IMG/VR virus record: IMGVR_UViG_3300013132_000039 | Coordinates: 12,638-76,637 of that record | Strand: one strand, 5' to 3' | Source: a virus | Length of the DNA: 64,000 nucleotides | In this document: positions 55,303-64,000 of the stretch, piece by piece | How the letters are laid out: every line of letters starts with the position of its first letter | How positions within the stretch are numbered: the first letter of the stretch is position 1 | Notes under the pieces: generated by a model | Seen by the model: only the letters and a program-made list of their open reading frames with translations | The model's database searches: none | Told to the model about the DNA's origin: nothing | Position numbers and translations under genes: made by a program

Positions 55303-56058
55303 ATCCCAAGCTAGGCCAGATAACATTTCTTCATTGGTAAATTGCCTATAACTAAGGTGACATAACCAAGCATATCTTATATCGTTGTCTATATTTGGTA
55401 TATTATTTGCTAAATCTCTAACCTCGTACTTAGAAAACACTTTTGTAGCACTAGGACCTACTGGAATTACAGGAATTCCTTTAATTATACTTTCAACCAA
55501 TGCATTACTGCTAAATCCTATAACACAATAAGTATCATTTTTAATAAATTCATTAAAAGTATCGAACTTTGTCCTGTCCATACGTAAAACTGGTCTTTCT
55601 CTAATTTTAATCGGTCTATCCGTGTATAATTTTATCTCTTCACTTATATTTCTGATCCAAGCTGACAGATCTATGTTTAAAGTATAAGCTTTTTTACTGT
55701 CAGGAGGCACTAAGACAATAGATGAGCCTCTTTTATAATTTTCAATATTTAATTTTAGGTTTTTAAGCCTATCATCTGGTCTATGAACTATTGGGCCAGT
55801 ATCTTGTAAACCATTAATGCTTATTCTTTTAAAAATTTTACTTTTAATGTTCCCAAAATACCCAGAATCCAAATTATAATATTTTATATTATACTTTTCA
55901 CAATGTTCTTGTAAAGACAGTTTATAATTTCCTGCCCAGCACATTGGAACTGTAAAATTTTGAAATGCTTCTTCAACAGAGACAAATTTTCCATTACCTC
56001 CTATAGTGAAAGCATCAACTCCGTACTTATCTCTGCCTAAAGTATAAAAATTAAACAT
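55291..56058 (-). CDS. KpsC/KpsS-like paralogue 4
   Basis: DSGYFGN...IKIRERP...SSNALVESIIKGIP...WLCHLSYRQFTNEE. Confidence 0.55.
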   Translation of the reverse strand: MFNFYTLGRDKYGVDAFTIGGNGKFVSVEEAFQNFTVPMCWAGNYKLSLQEHCEKYNIKYYNLDSGYFGNIKSKIFKRISINGLQDTGPIVHRPDDRLKNLKLNIENYKRGSSIVLVPPDSKKAYTLNIDLSAWIRNISEEIKLYTDRPIKIRERPVLRMDRTKFDTFNEFIKNDTYCVIGFSSNALVESIIKGIPVIPVGPSATKVFSKYEVRDLANNIPNIDNDIRYAWLCHLSYRQFTNEEMLSGLAWDLMN

Positions 56059-56896
56059 TATTAGACCAATAAGCTTCTGTTCTTTTTACTTTTAAATCAA
56101 GAGAATTACTTTTACCTAAAATTTTCCTAGAACCTTTAAGATGATCTAAGTATCCTCCCCAATCAGTATTAATAAGGGGGTGACCTTCCCCTTGACTACT
56201 GGTTCTATGGGGTCTTATGTCATTTAATCTGGCACTCCAGCTAAGTGAGTTTAAATTAGGAAACTTTTTTCTCACTTCTTCAAATACAAAACTGTCGTGC
56301 CACTCTTCTAGCTCAAAAATTCCCGATTCTGCTTGATCATACATTCTCTGAAATTCTTTAAGAAACATTTGTACAGAATTTCTCTTCAAATTCAAACTAT
56401 ATAGACCACATTCTGGGTATTTCCCTTCCCTTCCTAAATAACAAAGATCTTTATCTTCAGGAATTAACCGATTTATTTGCTCAATGTTAATAGGACTATG
56501 GCAAATCATATCAGCATCCATCCAGATTAAAATATCTGCTTGCGAATTTGAGGCACAATGAAAAATACTATACACTTTATGACTAAATCTCACTGCATCC
56601 CATTTAAAACCTTTACCGGCATCTCTTCTGCGGCTTCTTACAGGATCAGTACTAACATCTCCATTTGCTTTAGGAACATCCTTCCATTGATTTTTGAATT
56701 TTACAATTTCTGGACTAACCAAATGTAAGTCTAAAAGCTTTAAATTATGAAATTTTTCACCAATGTTACAATTTTCAGTATATACCCATAACTCAACACT
56801 AGACGGCCAGTGCTCTGAAAATGTTTTTAAAAATTTTTGAGCATATTGCTCATAGCCTTTGGCATTAAAAGTCGTTACTACAACATATTTTGGCAT
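56051..56896 (-). CDS. Glycosyltransferase-like protein, GT-A fold
   Basis: WDAVRFSHKVY, IWMDAD (DxD), EWHDSFVF, DHLKG. Confidence 0.65.
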   Translation of the reverse strand: MPKYVVVTTFNAKGYEQYAQKFLKTFSEHWPSSVELWVYTENCNIGEKFHNLKLLDLHLVSPEIVKFKNQWKDVPKANGDVSTDPVRSRRRDAGKGFKWDAVRFSHKVYSIFHCASNSQADILIWMDADMICHSPINIEQINRLIPEDKDLCYLGREGKYPECGLYSLNLKRNSVQMFLKEFQRMYDQAESGIFELEEWHDSFVFEEVRKKFPNLNSLSWSARLNDIRPHRTSSQGEGHPLINTDWGGYLDHLKGSRKILGKSNSLDLKVKRTEAYWSNNV

Positions 56897-56932
56897 TTCA
56901 ATCCCAGTAAATAATATATTACTATATATCTT

Positions 56933-57793
56933 ATGAAAATTTCACTTTTTACTCAATATGGTGCTCTAAATAGTGTTCCCATTTTCGATGCTTTTGAAGC
57001 TGGAGCAAAAAAATTAGGCCTTAACACGGTTCGAAATAACCTTGATGCAGAAATTCTGGTAATTTGGTCAGTACTTTGGGCCGGAAGAATGAAAGCTAAC
57101 CAAGAAATTTGGAATTTTGCTAAAAAAGAGGGGAAAAAACTTGTCATAATTGAGGTAGGCGGTTTAAAACGCGAAACAACTTGGAGAATTGGATTAGAGC
57201 ATATTAATAATCTTGGAGAATTTTCTCTTAATGAACCTCTTGATTCAAACAGGCCACAAAAATTAGGAATTTTCTTAAAAAACACCGAAAATTTAGGTGA
57301 AAAAATTATTATTTGCGGACAACACACAAAAAGCGAACAATGGTCAACAAGACCTAAACCGCAACAATGGCTCACATCACTAGTCGACAACATAAGATTA
57401 TACACAGATAGAAAAATCTTATTCAGACCCCATCCTAGAGACTACGAATGGTGTCAATTTTTACCTAATTTAGGCATAGAAGTAAGAATACCTAAAAAAA
57501 TTAGTGGAACTTATGATGACTTTGATCTAATGGAGGATTTTAAAAATGCATACAGTGTTATAAGTCCTTGTAGTAATCCAGGTATCATTGCAGCCATAGA
57601 AGGAATTCCGATTTTTACTGATTTAGATAGTTTAGCTTACCCAGTTTCTAATAAAAAACTAGAAAATTTACAAAATCCTCAGCTCTATGATAGAAAAGAA
57701 TGGTTAATTAAACTATGCCATACTGAATGGACTGTAGAGGAGATTTCAAACGGAGATCCTTTGAGGAGATTGTTAAAAGGTCTTGACATTTAA
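56933..57793 (+). CDS. KpsC/KpsS-like paralogue 5
   Basis: IIEVGGL.R...ILFRPHP...SNPGIIAAIEGIP...EWTVEEI; TAAATA at 56908-56913 upstream. Confidence 0.6.
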   Translation: MKISLFTQYGALNSVPIFDAFEAGAKKLGLNTVRNNLDAEILVIWSVLWAGRMKANQEIWNFAKKEGKKLVIIEVGGLKRETTWRIGLEHINNLGEFSLNEPLDSNRPQKLGIFLKNTENLGEKIIICGQHTKSEQWSTRPKPQQWLTSLVDNIRLYTDRKILFRPHPRDYEWCQFLPNLGIEVRIPKKISGTYDDFDLMEDFKNAYSVISPCSNPGIIAAIEGIPIFTDLDSLAYPVSNKKLENLQNPQLYDRKEWLIKLCHTEWTVEEISNGDPLRRLLKGLDI

Positions 57794-57811
57794 AACTATA
57801 TCGCTTATAAT
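57783..57811 (+). promoter_or_regulatory. Perfect sigma70 promoter TTGACA-N17-TATAAT
   Basis: Exact consensus boxes and spacing, ahead of the uvsW operon. Confidence 0.88.
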
Positions 57812-57817
57812 ACTATC

Positions 57818-58984
57818 ATGAAACCAGTTGATAAAATTTTATTAGATCTAAGTTATTCAAAACTAAATGAAAAATTTGATTTATTTCCCGTAAATGATAA
57901 AAGAATCCTTAGTAGTTTTTGTAATCAATTACGCTCAGGAAAATTCCTTACCGAAAATCAAGGAAAATTGTTACTTAAAATTTTAAACGAAAATATTACT
58001 AAATTAACACCAGTCTATGACGATCTATCGTTCCTTAAAAATCCTATTTGGTCAGAGCCATTTAGAATAATAGAACAAACTAAACGTATTTTTTTAGTTC
58101 CTGGGGACAATACTAATTTTTTTATTGAATATAGCTTTAATAAAAGAATAAAAGAAACCTTAACAGGCATTATTTTAAAAGAAAAGATTTCAATTAATAT
58201 TATTAATAATAAAACTACAAGCCTCTTATTAACTGAAGATAACATTTACAAAATAATTAAAGCGCTACGTAGTTTTAAATTCGATATAGACCAAGTTTTA
58301 TTAAATTTCTACAAAGAAATAGAAGAAATCAAAAAAACGACAGACAACGTCGAATATTCTTTTTTGGAATCCAATAGTAAAATTAAGAATATGCTTGAAA
58401 AAGAACTTGGAGCAGATTATAAAAACAATACTTTACTTTTACTAGATAGGCAAATCAAGTATTCTTACCGATTACGACCTATAAAAATAGACAATACACT
58501 AGACTATAGTATAGCTAGTAGGATAAAACCTAGAATATGGATTAATAGTAATAATATTGATATGACAACTTTGATAAATTCAATAACTAACCTAAAACGT
58601 TTCCCAATATTATTCATACTAGACGGTCATAAACCAATAGAATCTACTGAACAACTTAAAAAAATATACCAAATTATTAAAACAATCAATAAAACCTGTA
58701 GTGTATTTTTTAGGCTAGATACTAAGGTAGGAGATGACTTTAATAAATTTATATCTAATAATAACCTAAATACTTGGCTTTACAAAGATACAGATGCTGT
58801 TATAATAGATAATAGTAAATTACCTAAATTTTTCAACACTTCTAATTGGTACCCATCAAGTGTGATAAGTTTCACTAATAATTTTAATAATAATAAAATT
58901 ACAGTATGGTGTGATCAAGTAGATTGTATAATTTATTATACAGCAATGAAACCAATAATGGCAGATCATCATGAAGTCGTGTAA
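57818..58984 (+). CDS. Hypothetical protein upstream of uvsW
   Basis: 388-aa ORF overlapping the uvsW start; function not recognised. Confidence 0.65.
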   Translation: MKPVDKILLDLSYSKLNEKFDLFPVNDKRILSSFCNQLRSGKFLTENQGKLLLKILNENITKLTPVYDDLSFLKNPIWSEPFRIIEQTKRIFLVPGDNTNFFIEYSFNKRIKETLTGIILKEKISINIINNKTTSLLLTEDNIYKIIKALRSFKFDIDQVLLNFYKEIEEIKKTTDNVEYSFLESNSKIKNMLEKELGADYKNNTLLLLDRQIKYSYRLRPIKIDNTLDYSIASRIKPRIWINSNNIDMTTLINSITNLKRFPILFILDGHKPIESTEQLKKIYQIIKTINKTCSVFFRLDTKVGDDFNKFISNNNLNTWLYKDTDAVIIDNSKLPKFFNTSNWYPSSVISFTNNFNNNKITVWCDQVDCIIYYTAMKPIMADHHEVV

Positions 58985-60431
58985 ATTAATAATCAAAGAT
59001 GAAGTCAATCTTAAGATCGAAGGACTACCTGTTGAAATACGTCGAAAATTGAGCAATACTTTCAAATATGTAGATCCTACTGCTAGATATCGTCCAGCAT
59101 ATAAACTTGGAAGATGGGATGGATCAGTAAGTTTATTTGGATTAGGCGGCAACGGGTATATTCACCAATTGCCTAAAATACTAGAAGTTCTCGAGTCTAA
59201 TGGTGTTGATGTAGAAGAAGTAATAGATAATAGAGATTCACACAAATTTATATTTCCTAAGATTGCAGAAGATTTCTGGGGAGATAAATGTTGGCCTAAA
59301 GGACATCGATTCGAAGGTAACCCAATAAGATTACGGGAAGATCAAGTTGAAGTAATTAATAAATTTTTAGAAAATCCTCAATGTTTACAAGAGATTGCAA
59401 CTGGATTTGGAAAAACTATTACTACAGCCACACTTAGTAAAATATGCGAGCCTTATGGACGAACTGTAACCATTGTTCCAAATAAAAGTCTTGTTGAACA
59501 AACTGAAGAAGATTTTATAAATTGTGAATTAGACGTTGGAGTTTATTATGGAGATAGAAAGGAGTTAGGAAAAACTCATACTATCTGCACTTGGCAAAGT
59601 CTCAATATTTTAGATAAAAAAAGCAAAGAATACCAAGAAGAAATTATTACATTAGCTGAATTTTTAGATGGTGTAACAACTGTGATCGTCGATGAAGTCC
59701 ATATGGCAAAAGCAGCAGTGTTAAAAAACCTACTTACTCAAAATTTTTGTAACGCTGCTATACGATGGGGATTAACTGGAACTATACCTAAAGAAGATTT
59801 TGAAAATCAAGCTATATTTGCCAGCATTGGACCAGTAGTTCACAAAGTATCTGCTCATGAATTACAAGAAGCAGGAGTATTGAGCAATTGCCACGTTAAC
59901 GTAATTCAATTAGTAGACCTGCTGGAATTTAAAAGTTATGCAGAAGAATTAAAATATTTGGTTACTAACAAAGATAGAATGGAATACATTTCACGACTAG
60001 TTAATTCAATCAGTGAAAGTGGAAACACGTTAGTTTTAGTGAACAGAATTGATACTGGCAAATTTATTATAGAAAATATCAAAGATAGTGTTTTTATATC
60101 AGGTGAGGTAAAAACTAAGGATCGCAAAGAAGAATATGATGAAGTGGCAACTGCTAACAACAAGATTATTGTGGCGACTTATGGTGTGGCCGCTGTGGGT
60201 ATTAATATCCCTAGGATTTTTAATCTGGTTCTTTTGGAACCCGGAAAGAGCTTTGTTAGGGTTATCCAAAGCATTGGACGAGGTGTGCGAAAAGCTGAAG
60301 ATAAAGACTTCGTTCAAATCTGGGATATCACAAGTACCTGTAAATTTGCCAAGAGGCACCTTACACAAAGAAAGAAATTTTATAAAGAGGCCAAGTACCC
60401 CTTTACACAAGAAAAAAATGACTGGAAATAA
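58971..60431 (+). CDS. uvsW: SF2 DNA helicase UvsW
   Basis: ATGFGKT, DEVH, GLTGT, QSIGRGVR, IWDI. Confidence 0.92.
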   Translation: MKSCKLIIKDEVNLKIEGLPVEIRRKLSNTFKYVDPTARYRPAYKLGRWDGSVSLFGLGGNGYIHQLPKILEVLESNGVDVEEVIDNRDSHKFIFPKIAEDFWGDKCWPKGHRFEGNPIRLREDQVEVINKFLENPQCLQEIATGFGKTITTATLSKICEPYGRTVTIVPNKSLVEQTEEDFINCELDVGVYYGDRKELGKTHTICTWQSLNILDKKSKEYQEEIITLAEFLDGVTTVIVDEVHMAKAAVLKNLLTQNFCNAAIRWGLTGTIPKEDFENQAIFASIGPVVHKVSAHELQEAGVLSNCHVNVIQLVDLLEFKSYAEELKYLVTNKDRMEYISRLVNSISESGNTLVLVNRIDTGKFIIENIKDSVFISGEVKTKDRKEEYDEVATANNKIIVATYGVAAVGINIPRIFNLVLLEPGKSFVRVIQSIGRGVRKAEDKDFVQIWDITSTCKFAKRHLTQRKKFYKEAKYPFTQEKNDWK

Positions 60432-60433
60432 TT

Positions 60434-60940
60434 ATGCAGATTTTGACACTAGACAATGAATTATTTGATTTAAACAATCTACCTGATGAGCTAGAAGAAG
60501 ACATTCGTTTCGCAATTTTAGATAATAGTGAACCTACAAACCCTGATTTCTTTTTTGTACCTTTGATATTCTTAGAAAGTTTTAATAGTCCTGCAATGGT
60601 ATTAAAGATTGGGCCGCACGAAGTAACTATGCCTATTGATTGGTCTATAGCAGTAGGTGATAGCACCAGTGCCTGTGACATAGAAATACTACCTTTGTCT
60701 AGTTTGAATGATAGAGGATTTGAAGCATTTTGCTTTAATCCATTAACAGGGTTCAAAGTTGAGTTTCATAAGATCGAAATTATAAACTTTTATAATGATG
60801 TAAAATGGTATTTCCCTAAAATGAAAAATAACCAATTATTAGCAGTTCCTATAGATAATAAACCTGCTCCACTGTGTTCTTACTTTGTTAAAGAGATAAG
60901 TAGACAAAGTGAATTGATAGATTTAAGTAAAATACTTTGA
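60434..60940 (+). CDS. Hypothetical beta-rich protein
   Basis: Coupled to uvsW; no certain motif. Confidence 0.6.
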   Translation: MQILTLDNELFDLNNLPDELEEDIRFAILDNSEPTNPDFFFVPLIFLESFNSPAMVLKIGPHEVTMPIDWSIAVGDSTSACDIEILPLSSLNDRGFEAFCFNPLTGFKVEFHKIEIINFYNDVKWYFPKMKNNQLLAVPIDNKPAPLCSYFVKEISRQSELIDLSKIL

Positions 60941-60948
60941 GGATTAAA

Positions 60949-61311
60949 ATGATAGCTGGAAAAGTATGGGGTAATACAGAACTAGTGGAAGCTAACGGTG
61001 TTTTAGAATTCCATCGAATTGAAATTAAAAAAGGCGGTGTATGTAGCAAACACAAGCATATGCACAAGTGGAATGGATTTTTTGTCGAAAGTGGTAGCCT
61101 ACTAATCAGGGTGTGGAAAAATAACTATGATTTAATAGATGAGACTATTCTACAGGCTGGAGACTATACCAAAGTTGCTCCTGGTGAATATCATCAATTT
61201 GAAGCTCTTCAAAACACTGTGGCTTTTGAATTATATTGGGCACAGTTTGATCATGATGACATTGAGCGTGAAACAGTAGGATTTTCTAAAGATAAACAAC
61301 ATGACATTTGA
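60949..61311 (+). CDS. Cupin-domain protein (sugar isomerase-like)
   Basis: GKVWG...SKHKH..K...F.VESG...PGEYHQF; GAGGA SD before ATG 60949. Confidence 0.75.
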   Translation: MIAGKVWGNTELVEANGVLEFHRIEIKKGGVCSKHKHMHKWNGFFVESGSLLIRVWKNNYDLIDETILQAGDYTKVAPGEYHQFEALQNTVAFELYWAQFDHDDIERETVGFSKDKQHDI

Positions 61312-61990
61312 TCCAAAAATTATGGAAGATTGGTCAATGCTTCCAGGAGATACTAAATTAAACGGTGCAATTCGTAAGGAAAAAAAGCGAACCCAAAAAG
61401 AAGATGTAACTATCATCGACTATCAAAAAGATCTTCTCTATACTGCTATTAACTTTTGTAAACAAAAAAGAGTAGCTATAGATGCTGGAGCACATTATGG
61501 AATAATGTCATACAACTTAAGTCATTTATTTACTAATGTTCATTCTTTTGAAATTTATGAACCAGTAAGAAATTGTCTAATCGAAAACAAAAAAAGATTT
61601 AAGCTAGATAATGTAAAAATTTATAATCACGGATTAGGAGAAAAAAATAAAACTGTTAATCTTGACGAAAGTAGAGGTACATTAGGAACTTATATATTGC
61701 CTAATCAAGACGGGAATAGTTTAATTATGTCCCTAGATTCGTTATCAATTTCGGATATTGATTTTATTAAAATCGATTGTGAAGGTTACGAACCTTTTAT
61801 ATTAGAAGGTGCTGAGGAGACAATAAAAAAGTATAAACCTGTTATTCTTATGGAAAGAAAAGGACATACAATTAGGTATAATTTAGACAAAAATTATCCT
61901 GTAAAGATATTGGAAAAATGGGGATATGTAGAAGAAGTTGCCTACAATAAAGATTGTATTATGGTACATAAAAATAATGGGAAATCTTAG
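61301..61990 (+). CDS. FkbM-family methyltransferase
   Basis: IDAGAHYG, SFE, IKIDCEGYEPFILEGA. Confidence 0.9.
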   Translation: MTFDPKIMEDWSMLPGDTKLNGAIRKEKKRTQKEDVTIIDYQKDLLYTAINFCKQKRVAIDAGAHYGIMSYNLSHLFTNVHSFEIYEPVRNCLIENKKRFKLDNVKIYNHGLGEKNKTVNLDESRGTLGTYILPNQDGNSLIMSLDSLSISDIDFIKIDCEGYEPFILEGAEETIKKYKPVILMERKGHTIRYNLDKNYPVKILEKWGYVEEVAYNKDCIMVHKNNGKS

Positions 61991-62258
61991 CCCAGGAAAA
62001 TCTTATATTTACGAAAGCCCTGACGGTGGGAAAACTGTTTATGCCCGAGAGTTTGGCACTAATCATAAACAACTTGTTGGGTATCAATACGATATGAACA
62101 ATAGTCATATTCAAACTAACAATATCGGACAAAAAGATCTAGAAGACCATATCTTATGGAATGAGATAAGACAGGCAGCGAAAACCAATCCTGCTTTACA
62201 AAAGGCTATGGAACGTGTTAAACTTATATATAGATTAAGCAAAGATGATCCAAAATGA
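61977..62258 (+). CDS. Hypothetical protein
   Basis: YIYESPDGGKTVYAREFG; ATG 61977 overlaps the upstream gene. Confidence 0.6.
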   Translation: MGNLSPGKSYIYESPDGGKTVYAREFGTNHKQLVGYQYDMNNSHIQTNNIGQKDLEDHILWNEIRQAAKTNPALQKAMERVKLIYRLSKDDPK

Positions 62259-62731
62259 GTGAAAAACTTGAACTAAAAGAAAAACTAGCAGCTATCGATC
62301 TTAATAGTAAAAGCCTATGGGACGATGTTGACGATGATCAAAGAAAAGTAATTAAAAACGAATTCTTTATACTAAATCGATATATTAGTAGTGCTAAAAC
62401 AAGTAATCGAGAAATTAAAGAACACTTTGTTTTAGCAGTAAATGAATACTATAACAAACATTGGGCAGACCTACAAAAACATCCAAAATTATTATGGCAA
62501 CTTCTTTGTATGTGCAGCCATGAATCTAAACAAATTTTCTTTCACGAATGGATTGGATTTAAGAAAAAAGATGCTGCTACTAATAAGATGACCAAGTTCC
62601 TAAGTGAAGTTTATCCAGATAAAAAGGATGACGAAATAGAACTATTAGCTAAAATAACAACTAAGCAAGAAGCCAAGGAACTGGCTAGAGACTTAGGATA
62701 TGAAGAAGCTGATATTGCTAAAATGTTCTAA
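62255..62731 (+). CDS. Clamp-loader small subunit-like protein (T4 gp62-like)
   Basis: FILNRYIS...VNE...HPKLLWQLL...HEWI..KK pattern and size resemble gp62 homologues. Confidence 0.5.
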   Translation: MSEKLELKEKLAAIDLNSKSLWDDVDDDQRKVIKNEFFILNRYISSAKTSNREIKEHFVLAVNEYYNKHWADLQKHPKLLWQLLCMCSHESKQIFFHEWIGFKKKDAATNKMTKFLSEVYPDKKDDEIELLAKITTKQEAKELARDLGYEEADIAKMF

Positions 62732-62733
62732 GT

Positions 62734-63426
62734 ATGTTAAAATTTAGTGTGAATAAATTTGAGTGTCAATACTGTAAAGCAACATTTACTCAAGAACGAA
62801 CACTTGCAGTTCATATGTGCGAGCGCAAGCGAAGATACTTTGCCCGAAATGATCGAGCAACTGTGGCTGGCTTTCAGACGTATAATAGATTTTATCAGCT
62901 TACTCAAAACATTAAAGATAATAAAACATTTGATGAATTTGCACAAAGCTCATATTATAACGCATTTGTAAAATTTGGTAGTTTTCTTAGCAATGTAAAT
63001 CCTTTGTACCCAGATAAATTCATAGACTACGTTGTTAAAAGTGGAGTAAAACTAGATCACTGGTGCAGAGAAGAATTATATGAAAAGTATGTGATAAATC
63101 TTGTTCATACCGAAAGCGTAGAAACTGCCCTTGAACGATCTATTAAGCATATGGAAGATTGGGCTAAAGAAAATAACAGCTTGTGGAATCACTATTTTTT
63201 ATACGTGAGTTCAAACAGAGCTAGTTACGATATAAAAGATGGCAAAGTTAGTCCTTGGCTAGTTCTAAACTGCCAAAGCGGCAAGAAAATGTTAGCCAAT
63301 TTTAGGGACGATCAGCTATCTTCTATAAGTAATATTGTAGATCCTACAGTTTGGGTTAAAAAATTTAAAACTCAAAAATTTGACCTGGATCTAGTAAAAC
63401 GTATAGCTCAGGAGGCAGGTCTATGA
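62734..63426 (+). CDS. Hypothetical protein with N-terminal zinc finger
   Basis: CQYCKATF...LAVHMC (CxxC...HxC). Confidence 0.6.
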   Translation: MLKFSVNKFECQYCKATFTQERTLAVHMCERKRRYFARNDRATVAGFQTYNRFYQLTQNIKDNKTFDEFAQSSYYNAFVKFGSFLSNVNPLYPDKFIDYVVKSGVKLDHWCREELYEKYVINLVHTESVETALERSIKHMEDWAKENNSLWNHYFLYVSSNRASYDIKDGKVSPWLVLNCQSGKKMLANFRDDQLSSISNIVDPTVWVKKFKTQKFDLDLVKRIAQEAGL

Positions 63427-63605
63427 ACGTTCAAGTAGAAAACCTAGAAGCAACCCTTAATATGGAAATTATTCTATCAGAGACAGACAAAAGTGTTTAT
63501 GTAAAGTTAACAGGTTTTGACACTATAGAAGATGCAGACGATTATGCAAGCTATCTTACAGATCACCTTCCTTTAATGTTATTTCATTCAGAGGTTTTAC
63601 ACTAA
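63423..63605 (+). CDS. Small acidic hypothetical protein
   Basis: AGGAGG SD; coupled on both sides. Confidence 0.55.
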   Translation: MNVQVENLEATLNMEIILSETDKSVYVKLTGFDTIEDADDYASYLTDHLPLMLFHSEVLH

Positions 63606-64000
63606 TGCCAGACATTGATATAGATTTTGCAGACAGAGACACTATACTAAAAAAGATAAAGCATATAAAAGCAGTAAGGATAGATAATAAACAGGCAATA
63701 AATCATAACACAGGAATATATGTGCAAGATATTCCTTATAATCCTCTCACTGATCAATCTACTATTGATTATAAACAGGCTGAACAGAGAGGATATTTTA
63801 AAATTGATTTTTTGAATGTAGGAATTTATAAAGATGTAAAAAATGAACAGCATCTTATTACATTACTTAATCAGGAGCCATTATGGGATTTACTGGAACA
63901 GGACGATTTCGTCAACTTGCTCTTTCACGTCAACGGACATGGTTCGATCTTAAGAAGTATGAAACCAAAGACGATAGACCAACTAGCGGCAGTTTTGGCC
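63605..64000 (+). CDS. Compact DnaE-like (family C polymerase palm) protein, runs off the window end; absent from the ORF track
   Basis: MPDIDIDFADR...HNTGIYV...AEQRGYFKIDFLNV...MKPKTIDQLAAVLA; frame open to base 64000. Confidence 0.75.
   Translation, partial: MPDIDIDFADRDTILKKIKHIKAVRIDNKQAINHNTGIYVQDIPYNPLTDQSTIDYKQAEQRGYFKIDFLNVGIYKDVKNEQHLITLLNQEPLWDLLEQDDFVNLLFHVNGHGSILRSMKPKTIDQLAAVLA

Noticed and set aside
63647-63853. Minus-strand 68-aa ORF
   Set aside because: Antisense to the DnaE-like plus-strand frame, which has clear motifs
1-64000. Stop-codon reassignment, tRNA genes, CRISPR array, introns or inteins in terminase, UvsX or UvsW
   Set aside because: Core genes are full length in the standard code, intergenic gaps are short, and no repeat-spacer pattern, cloverleaf or splice motif was seen

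Overview
64 kb slice of a large, AT-rich T4-like myovirus genome (standard genetic code, densely coding). Order: end of major capsid gene gp23; a virion fibre/adhesin module (two giant paralogues of 1815 and 2558 aa, three fibrinogen/lectin-tipped paralogues, small connector paralogues, an Ig plus beta-propeller protein); a tightly coupled tailoring-enzyme operon (five 2OG-Fe(II) oxygenases, a U32-methyltransferase fusion, a flavin-dependent halogenase); inverted neck genes gp14/gp15 opposite gp13; dNMP kinase; sheath, tube, gp4, terminase subunits; gp32, uvsX, uvsY; a glycan-modification island (five KpsC/KpsS-like paralogues, two GT-A-like enzymes, a cupin and an FkbM methylase, with a second cupin/FkbM pair after uvsW); uvsW; a gp62-like protein; and the start of a compact DnaE-like protein. 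The most striking observation is five phycobiliprotein-like helical domains carrying the bilin-attachment-type Cys-x-Arg-Asp motif, embedded and apparently partly circularly permuted in the two giant fibre proteins. T4-type late boxes (TAAATA core) often sit 4-5 nt before an ATG with no Shine-Dalgarno site. No tRNA, CRISPR array, integrase or reverse transcriptase was recognised. All family assignments come from motif recognition by eye, not from database searches.
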